Assembly (NCBI GenBank): GCA_043778695.1
Contig: JAYWFR010000112.1
Coordinates: 1 to 62,176, forward strand
Length of the DNA stretch: 62,176 bases
Reading direction: 5' to 3'
Source: Polaromonas sp.
GTDB taxonomy: Bacteria; Pseudomonadota; Gammaproteobacteria; Burkholderiales; Burkholderiaceae_C
Both the position numbers and the translations under genes were made by a program. The notes under the pieces are model-generated. The model ran no database searches, was not told the DNA's origin, and worked only from the letters and a program-made list of their open reading frames with translations. This document shows positions 55,785-62,176 of this stretch, one piece after another (the first letter of the stretch is position 1; every line of letters begins with the position of its first letter).

Positions 55785-56969
55785 CTACTGCGCCCGAGCA
55801 AGGCGCCTGACACCCTCAGCAATCTTCTCCAAGTCTGCCGTTGCAAAGCTCAACCGGAAGGTTGCCCTGTCCACATTGGTTGCAAAAAACGGCGCACCGG
55901 GTACAAACGCCACGCCCTGCTCAATCGCTCGTTTTGCAAACTCGCTAGAGTCCGCATTCGGCGCGTTCAAGCGTGACCAGAAAAACATCCCGCCTTGCGG
56001 CTGGTCAAAGCTTGCGGCATCGCCCAATTCACTTTTCAAGCAACGGGCCATCGTCTGCGCGCGTTCGGCGTAGGTCTTGCGCACCACGTCAAGGGCGGCA
56101 TCCATGCGGTTTAAGCCCAGGTATTGCGCGGCGATGGCTTGGGTCAAGTTACTGGTGTGTGCATCGCTGAATTGCTTGCACATCACAGCGTTGGCCAGCA
56201 GCTGCGGCTGGGCCACCATCCAGCCGACACGCAGGCCGGGCGACAACACCTTGCTGAAGGACCCGCAGTACGCCAAATACTCACGCGAGCCGGGCACGCT
56301 GCTGCTGAGTGCCAACATGCTGGGCGGCGGCGGCGCGCCAAAGTACAGCTCACCATACGGGTCGTCTTCAACTACCAGCACGCGGTACTGGGCGGCCAGC
56401 TCTAAAATGCGCTTGCGGCGCTCTAGGCTCAGCATCGCGCCACTGGGATTGCCGAAGGTCGGTATCAAATACACCAGCTTGGGCTTGTGTTCAATGATCA
56501 ACCGCTCCAGCTCGTCGACCTTCACGCCGTCGGCATCAATCTGCGCGCTCACAATGTCAGCACCATAAAGCCGAAAGCACTGGATGGTGGCCAAGAAGGT
56601 CGGCCCTTCCACAATCACTTTGTCACCCGGGTTGATCATGGTTTTGCCAATCAAGTCCAGGCCCTGCTGACTACCCGTGGTGGTGATGATTTGCTCTGGC
56701 GCAGCCTCAATCCCCTTGAGCGCCAGGTAGCCACTGAGCGCTTGCCGCAGGGCAGGCCAGCCCTCAGTGGCGCCGTACTGCAACACGGCACCAGGGTGGC
56801 CAGCCAGCACCTGTTCAGATGCTGTGCGGACCCCCTCCACATCAAACAGCGCTGGGTCTGGAAAGCCGCCCGCAAAGCTAATGATGCCGGGCTTGCCGAG
56901 TAACTTGAACAGCTCGCGGATGGCAGAGGTTTCGACGTTGTTTAGCCGGGACGCAAATTGAAGAGACAT
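55785..56969 (-). CDS. PLP-dependent aminotransferase (LysN/Aro8-like)
   Basis: SAIREL, ISFAGGFP, NPSG, EDDPY, SFSKVLSPGLR. Confidence 0.9.
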   Translation of the reverse strand: MSLQFASRLNNVETSAIRELFKLLGKPGIISFAGGFPDPALFDVEGVRTASEQVLAGHPGAVLQYGATEGWPALRQALSGYLALKGIEAAPEQIITTTGSQQGLDLIGKTMINPGDKVIVEGPTFLATIQCFRLYGADIVSAQIDADGVKVDELERLIIEHKPKLVYLIPTFGNPSGAMLSLERRKRILELAAQYRVLVVEDDPYGELYFGAPPPPSMLALSSSVPGSREYLAYCGSFSKVLSPGLRVGWMVAQPQLLANAVMCKQFSDAHTSNLTQAIAAQYLGLNRMDAALDVVRKTYAERAQTMARCLKSELGDAASFDQPQGGMFFWSRLNAPNADSSEFAKRAIEQGVAFVPGAPFFATNVDRATFRLSFATADLEKIAEGVRRLARAQ

Positions 56970-56983
56970 GTGAAAATAGCTCA

Positions 56984-57622
56984 ATGAAAAAAGAAAACAT
57001 AGTGCCGTTTTTTGCTACTTTAAAAGCAGCAAACCCGCAGCCGGTAACAGAACTTGAATATACCAGCGTGTTTGAATTACTGACCGCTGTACTGCTGTCT
57101 GCTCAAGCCACCGACGTGAGTGTCAACAAAGCCACGCGCAAGCTGTTTGCAGTGGCCAACACCCCACAAGCGATTTTAGATTTGGGTTTAAAAAAGCTTG
57201 AGCAGCACATTAAAACCATTGGCCTGTTCCACAGCAAAGCCAAGCACCTGCTGCAAACCTGCCAGATGCTGGTAGAGCTGCACAGCGGCATTGTGCCGCG
57301 CACCCGTGAGGCGCTTGAAGCGCTGCCAGGCGTGGGCCGCAAAACAGCCAATGTGGTGCTTAACTCAGCCTTTGGCGAAGCCACCATGGCGGTGGACACG
57401 CATATCTTTCGCATGGGTAACCGCACGGGCTTGGCACCGGGCAAAACGCCGCTTGACGTAGAACTAAAACTGCTCAGGCGCATACCCGCTGAATACTTGG
57501 TAGACGCCCACCATTGGCTGATACTGCATGGCCGCTATGTGTGCATGGCTAGGTCACCGCATTGTTGGCAATGCGCTGTTAGCAGCTACTGTAGTTTTAA
57601 GCCAAAAGCTGTGATTGATTAG
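56984..57622 (+). CDS. nth: Endonuclease III
   Basis: LLSAQATD, LPGVGRKTANVV, VDTH, C-X6-C-X2-C-X5-C. Confidence 0.96.
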   Translation: MKKENIVPFFATLKAANPQPVTELEYTSVFELLTAVLLSAQATDVSVNKATRKLFAVANTPQAILDLGLKKLEQHIKTIGLFHSKAKHLLQTCQMLVELHSGIVPRTREALEALPGVGRKTANVVLNSAFGEATMAVDTHIFRMGNRTGLAPGKTPLDVELKLLRRIPAEYLVDAHHWLILHGRYVCMARSPHCWQCAVSSYCSFKPKAVID

Positions 57623-57627
57623 TAAAT

Positions 57628-57670
57628 GCTATTAAATAAATAGCAGATAGCGCTTATATTAATTGGGCTA
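57628..57670 (+). repeat. Element A copy
   Basis: GCTAT-N7-ATAGC-AGA-TAGCGC-N11-GGGCTA. Confidence 0.88.
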
Positions 57671-57678
57671 TAGGCTTA

Positions 57679-59133
57679 TTAAGTAATATTTTGAGCGATG
57701 TACGCTTTTATTTGAGCCACGTCGGGCGGCATCAGCTTGACCCGCTTGGGCAGCGCCTCAATGCCTTCAAACCGCGCTGGCCTTGGCGGTAATCTGCCCA
57801 GCGCCTCTTCGATCGTCTCAGCAAATTTGATCGGCAGCGCGGTCTCCAGCACGATCATTGGCACACCCGGTTGCATGTGCTCGCGCGCAACTTTCACACC
57901 ATCAGCTGTGTGGGTGTCAATGATGTCGTTGAACTGCGCGTACACGTTTTGAATGGTGGCCAAGCGGTTGGCGTGGGTGCTTTTACCACTCAAAAAACCA
58001 TAGGTTTTAGCCGCAGATTTAAACGCTTGCTTAGAACTCAGATCAAAAAAACCTTTGGCATTGACCTGGTCATAAAACAGCGCCTTGGTTTGCGGACCGT
58101 CGCGATCCAACAAGTCGAACACAAAGCGCTCAAAGTTTGACGCTTTTGAAATGTCCATCGACGGACTGGAGGTTTCATGCGTGTCTTGGCTGGTCCGAAC
58201 ACGGTAAATACCAGTGCGGAAAAACTCATCTAGCACATCGTTCTCATTAGTTGCCACGACCAAGTGCGCGATTGGCAACCCCATCATGCGGGCGACGTGG
58301 CCAGCACAAACATTGCCGAAATTACCTGAAGGGACTGTGAAGCTGACTTTCCTGATTCCGTCCCCTTCCGGGGGAGGGCTAGGGAGGGGGCTGCCCCCGA
58401 TTTGGGTTGCCTGAAAATACCCCGCAAAGTAGTAAACCACCTGCGCCATTAACCTAGCCCAGTTGATCGAATTCACCGTCCCAATCTTGTACTGACGCTT
58501 GAACTCCAAATCATTGGACACCGCTTTGACAATGTCTTGGCAATCGTCAAACACGCCCGCAATTGCAATGTTGTGAATGTTCGCGTCTTGCAGGCTGAAC
58601 ATTTGCGCCTGTTGAAACGGGCTCATCCGCCCTTGTGGCGACGTCATGAACACCCGCACCCCACGCTTGCCGCGCATGGCGTATTCAGCCGCGCTGCCCG
58701 TATCACCACTGGTCGCACCAAAGATGTTCAGCTCTTCTTTGCGCCGTGCCAATTCATATTCAAACAAATTGCCCAACAGTTGCATCGCCATGTCTTTAAA
58801 AGCCAGCGTTGGGCCATTCGACAGCGCCTGCACATGCAAGCCGGGCTCTAGCGGGCGCAGCGGCACGATGGCAGCCGTGCCAAATACTTCTTGCGTATAG
58901 GTTTTGCGGCAAATGACTTTTAAGTCGGCTGCCGGAATGTCGTCTACATACAGCGACAACACTTCAAAAGCCAGGTCAGCGTAGGGCAAGTTGCGCCAGG
59001 CATCGAGCATGGCAGGCGTGACTTGCGGGTAATGCTCTGGCAAATACAACCCGCCGTCGGGTGCGAGACCTTCAAGCAAGATGTCGCAGAATTTGCGTGG
59101 TGTTTTGTCGCCACGGGTGGAGAGGTAATTCAT
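57679..59133 (-). CDS. thrC: Threonine synthase
   Basis: YLSTRG, GLAPDGGL, GPTLAFKD, ATSGDTG, NSINWAR, VPSGNFGN. Confidence 0.96.
   Translation of the reverse strand: MNYLSTRGDKTPRKFCDILLEGLAPDGGLYLPEHYPQVTPAMLDAWRNLPYADLAFEVLSLYVDDIPAADLKVICRKTYTQEVFGTAAIVPLRPLEPGLHVQALSNGPTLAFKDMAMQLLGNLFEYELARRKEELNIFGATSGDTGSAAEYAMRGKRGVRVFMTSPQGRMSPFQQAQMFSLQDANIHNIAIAGVFDDCQDIVKAVSNDLEFKRQYKIGTVNSINWARLMAQVVYYFAGYFQATQIGGSPLPSPPPEGDGIRKVSFTVPSGNFGNVCAGHVARMMGLPIAHLVVATNENDVLDEFFRTGIYRVRTSQDTHETSSPSMDISKASNFERFVFDLLDRDGPQTKALFYDQVNAKGFFDLSSKQAFKSAAKTYGFLSGKSTHANRLATIQNVYAQFNDIIDTHTADGVKVAREHMQPGVPMIVLETALPIKFAETIEEALGRLPPRPARFEGIEALPKRVKLMPPDVAQIKAYIAQNIT
58356..58398. repeat. Family C half-repeat, in frame in thrC
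   Basis: CCGTCCCCTTCCGGGGGAGGGCTAGGGAGGGGG, encoding GGSPLPSPPPEGDG. Confidence 0.75.
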
Positions 59134-59344
59134 TTAAGTGGGAATCAATTCAATATAAGTGGGACTGATGAAAAAAAACGAGCGGCCTGAAAATTCCCAC
59201 ATCGAGTCTTCTCCGCGCGTTTCGCACACGATTTCTGCTGCTGGTCGCTTGCGATTTCCGATGCTCCCCCCATTGGGCGAAAAGGGTCATCACTGAATTG
59301 CTGATTTGCCACAGTTACTGCTTTGACGGTAAAGGTCACGCTAG

Positions 59345-60223
59345 CTATCGCGCTAGCAGCACTTCAGCTTTAGGAAAGACAGTCCAATAAGAGTTGTTCG
59401 TTGATTCACCGTTTTCGCAGGTTTGTGTCAGCACTTCGGGCGTTCCGTCCCCATTCAAATCTCTAAAACCGCCTTTGATGCATCCGTCAAAACGCGCCGT
59501 TTCAACCAACGAATCGCCCACCTTTGCATAGACCACGTTGACGATGTTCCAACCCATCAAATCACAAGAATCTAATCCAATCGAGGATATGTATAAGAAA
59601 CCGTTAGGGCTCGGAATCTTGAACTTCTTGCCATGAAATTTTTTGTATTGAGCGGAGGATTGGATATCACGCACGTATTTTTCGTGATCTTGCTTGTAAG
59701 TTGTTGTGCGTTGCGTAATAGGTCTTCCAAGTCGTCGATCAATTTTCGCGCTGTTCTCGTCAACCTCGCTGTACCGACTTTGATAACAAACAAAGGCGTT
59801 TTTCTCAGGTTCTAAGAAACGCCGTTCCCCGATTTTTAACAGCTCTAACTCTTCGGAGGAAAAATCGAACAAACTCAACCTTGGCGGTATCGGTTTTTTG
59901 GATAAAACGCTCAACTCAGATAGTTTGAAAGACTCCTTCGTCGTCAGCAAAATTTGGAAAAATTCTCCCCGGATGTCTGGATCACCCAGTTGACATTTCA
60001 CGGGCGCTAATGCGCCAGACACGTAAACTAAACCACCCTTGGTGCAATGTCTAAGAGACTCTCTAATTTCACCGGCGAGCAACCCGACGTAGTGGCCATT
60101 CTCACCAGCACTAAGCGATGTGAGTTCGACCCCCGAAATTTTAGATGCCATACCTGCCCAGGTATCTGCAGCCGCGTGAACTGGTGCGAGAAGGCGTGCA
60201 ATTGTTACTTTGTTCCATCTCAT
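59345..60223 (-). CDS. Hypothetical protein with a DLNGDG (FG-GAP/Ca-loop-like) motif
   Basis: 292-aa ORF, visibly AT-richer than the flanks; FRDLNGDGTPEV. Confidence 0.65.
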   Translation of the reverse strand: MRWNKVTIARLLAPVHAAADTWAGMASKISGVELTSLSAGENGHYVGLLAGEIRESLRHCTKGGLVYVSGALAPVKCQLGDPDIRGEFFQILLTTKESFKLSELSVLSKKPIPPRLSLFDFSSEELELLKIGERRFLEPEKNAFVCYQSRYSEVDENSAKIDRRLGRPITQRTTTYKQDHEKYVRDIQSSAQYKKFHGKKFKIPSPNGFLYISSIGLDSCDLMGWNIVNVVYAKVGDSLVETARFDGCIKGGFRDLNGDGTPEVLTQTCENGESTNNSYWTVFPKAEVLLAR

Positions 60224-60381
60224 TTTTTAATGCTCTAACGGCGAATTGATAAGAAAAAGTAACGAGGCCACGTGGGTCAGTTCTTTCATTGCAAAATTTA
60301 GCTATCGATAAATTACTCGCGGCCTTGCGCTTAACCAGGGCATGACGCCTTCGCAATTCAAGTCAAACGCTACCAAAGCCG

Positions 60382-60621
60382 TCAAGCAAGCTCAAGCCGT
60401 CTTTCGATTCTGTCTAAACGTTCAGACAGCCTGTCCATACGCACCGCGCCGCTGGCATCAATCTCGTCACCGTGTGCAATATCACGGCGCAAACCTGCAA
60501 GAGACACTTCAAGATGGCCTATTCGGCTGACTGTTTCTTCCTGTTTCCGTTCGACACGATCCAATGTCGCCTGGAATCGCTTCAGGTGCTCCAGCATTAA
60601 ACTTTCAGTTTGGTCGGTCAT
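60382..60621 (-). CDS. Small coiled-coil hypothetical protein
   Basis: SD AGGA; LMLEHLKR...RLDRIERRLEL heptad pattern. Confidence 0.75.
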   Translation of the reverse strand: MTDQTESLMLEHLKRFQATLDRVERKQEETVSRIGHLEVSLAGLRRDIAHGDEIDASGAVRMDRLSERLDRIERRLELA

Positions 60622-60728
60622 GATTTCCTAAGCCTCTTGAATGATATTCTTGGTGGATGTTACCTAAACTGTCGGTGAATTTAAAAGCAATTTTGGTAGA
60701 TGACGAGTATTGGGAGTCCTCAGTTTGT

Positions 60729-62051
60729 TCAAACCAACTCCTCCTTACGAATTCGCACAATCGGCGCCAGCACCGTCTTCAGTGCCTGCATCTGCGCCAG
60801 TGCCTCATTCATCTTGGCCTCAACACAGTCATGGGTCAAGATAATCAGGTCAGTTTGCGTGGCACCCTCGCCGCCTACCTCGTCAGCTTCTCGCTGCAAC
60901 ACCGCATCAATACTGATACCCGCTTTGGCCAGAATGCTGGTGACGTTGGCCAGCACGCCGGCTTCGTCGGCTACCTTTAAGCGCAGGTAGTAGCTGGTCA
61001 CCACTTCACCCATGGGCAGCACAGGCGTGTTGCTCATTGCATCAGGCTGAAACGCCAGGTGCGGTACGCGCTGGGCTGCGTCGGCGCTGTGCAAGCGAGC
61101 GATGTCGATGAGGTCGGCAATCACGGCACTCGCCGTAGGCTCGCTGCCTGCACCTTTGCCGTAGTAGAGCGTGGTGCCAACAGCATCGCCGTGCACCATC
61201 ACCGCGTTCATTGCGCCTTCAACGTTGGCAATCAGCCGCTTGATGGGTACCAGCGTGGGGTGAACGCGCAGCTCGATGCCCTTGTCCGTTTTTTTAGTCA
61301 AGCCCAGCAGCTTGATGCGGTAACCCAATTGCTCGGCGTATTTGATGTCAGTTGCACCCAGCTTGGTGATGCCTTCAATGTAGGCTTTGTCAAACTGCAC
61401 TGGCACGCCAAAGGCCATGGCCGACATGAGTGCGGCTTTGTGCGCCGCGTCAACGCCTTCAATGTCAAAGGTCGGATCGGCTTCTGCATAGCCCAATGCT
61501 TGCGCTTGTTTTAGCACCGCGTCAAAGTCCAGGCCTTTGTCGCGCATCTCGCTCAAGATGAAATTGGTCGTGCCGTTGATGATGCCGGCAATCCACTGAA
61601 TCCGGTTGGCGCTCAGGCCTTCACGCAATGACTTGATGATGGGTATGCCGCCAGCCACGGCGGCTTCAAACATCACCATCACGCCTTTGCGGCTGGCAGC
61701 GGCAAAAATCTCGGTGCCGTGTACGGCCAGCAGTGCCTTGTTCGCTGTCACCACATGCTTACCTGCTTCAATGGCTTCCAGCACCAGTTGTTTGGCTATG
61801 CCATAGCCGCCAATCAGCTCAATGACAACGTCGATGTCGGGGTTGGCAATAACAGCGCGCGCGTCGCTGACCACTTTGACATTGGGCCCGACTGCGGCTT
61901 GAGCGCGTGCGGTGTCCAGGTCAGCCACCATGGCAATCTCAATACCCCGTCCGGCGCGGCGAACGATCTCGCTTTGATTACGCTGCAACACAGTAAACAC
62001 GCCGCTGCCGACAGTGCCAATGCCCAGAAGGCCTACTTGAATCGATTTCAT
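60729..62051 (-). CDS. hom: Homoserine dehydrogenase with ACT domain
   Basis: GIGTVG, VVTANK, EAAVAGGIP, NGTTNFIL, GYAEADP, G.GAG..PTASAV. Confidence 0.96.
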   Translation of the reverse strand: MKSIQVGLLGIGTVGSGVFTVLQRNQSEIVRRAGRGIEIAMVADLDTARAQAAVGPNVKVVSDARAVIANPDIDVVIELIGGYGIAKQLVLEAIEAGKHVVTANKALLAVHGTEIFAAASRKGVMVMFEAAVAGGIPIIKSLREGLSANRIQWIAGIINGTTNFILSEMRDKGLDFDAVLKQAQALGYAEADPTFDIEGVDAAHKAALMSAMAFGVPVQFDKAYIEGITKLGATDIKYAEQLGYRIKLLGLTKKTDKGIELRVHPTLVPIKRLIANVEGAMNAVMVHGDAVGTTLYYGKGAGSEPTASAVIADLIDIARLHSADAAQRVPHLAFQPDAMSNTPVLPMGEVVTSYYLRLKVADEAGVLANVTSILAKAGISIDAVLQREADEVGGEGATQTDLIILTHDCVEAKMNEALAQMQALKTVLAPIVRIRKEELV

Positions 62052-62078
62052 ATGCTTTTTCACTAACAAAACGGGCTA

Positions 62079-62121
62079 TAGCCCTTGTAAATCATGAGCG
62101 AGCAGATACCAATTTGATAGC
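62079..62121 (-). repeat. Element A copy overlapping the stop of the upstream gene
   Basis: TAGCCC-N11-GAGCGA-GCA-GATAC-N7-ATAGC. Confidence 0.78.
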
Positions 62122-62176
62122 GCTTGCTTTCACCTGTGGTTTGCCTTCGCGGTTGCGGTAGCCTTCCAAAAACTTG
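62092..62176 (-). CDS. 3' end of the upstream gene (probably AlaA-like aminotransferase)
   Basis: KFLEGYRNREGKPQVKASAIKLVSARS*; identity inferred from the usual alaA-hom synteny. Confidence 0.5.
   Translation of the reverse strand, partial: KFLEGYRNREGKPQVKASAIKLVSARS

Noticed and set aside
57012-57032. Element A half-site in nth (TGCTACTTTAAAAGCAGC)
   Set aside because: There is no second palindrome at the required spacing, and it encodes an ordinary FATLKAA N-terminus.

Overview
Chromosomal window of a Betaproteobacterium. Gene content and order (hom-thrC, ybgC-tolQRA, rib-nusB, pilVWXY1E-fimT, waaAC-algC) suggest Comamonadaceae, Polaromonas-like; this is inference. Positions 1-3855 are the right end of an integrative island: a partial XRE-HTH/P-loop GTPase-like fusion missed by the ORF track, a DUF429 nuclease-like gene, a membrane protein, a P4-like integrase, and a displaced tRNA 3' end (att) with its terminator. 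The rest is mostly core genome: msrA, gcdH, a TetR-RND-pcm-tolC efflux locus, LPS genes, alkA/ogt, a DEAD-box helicase, an uncharacterised GntR-dioxygenase catabolic operon, minor pilins, riboflavin genes, tol genes, nth, thrC and hom. The strongest unexplained signal is a degenerate 43-bp double-palindrome element with invariant spacing (GCTAT-N7-ATAGC-N3-TAGCGC-N11-GGGCTA). I found 15 copies, about one per 4 kb, six of them inside protein-coding genes. Two further palindromic repeat families are translated in frame inside housekeeping proteins, and many genes have a -10-like hexamer 6-7 nt before the start codon, suggesting leaderless mRNAs. All motif counts were made by eye.
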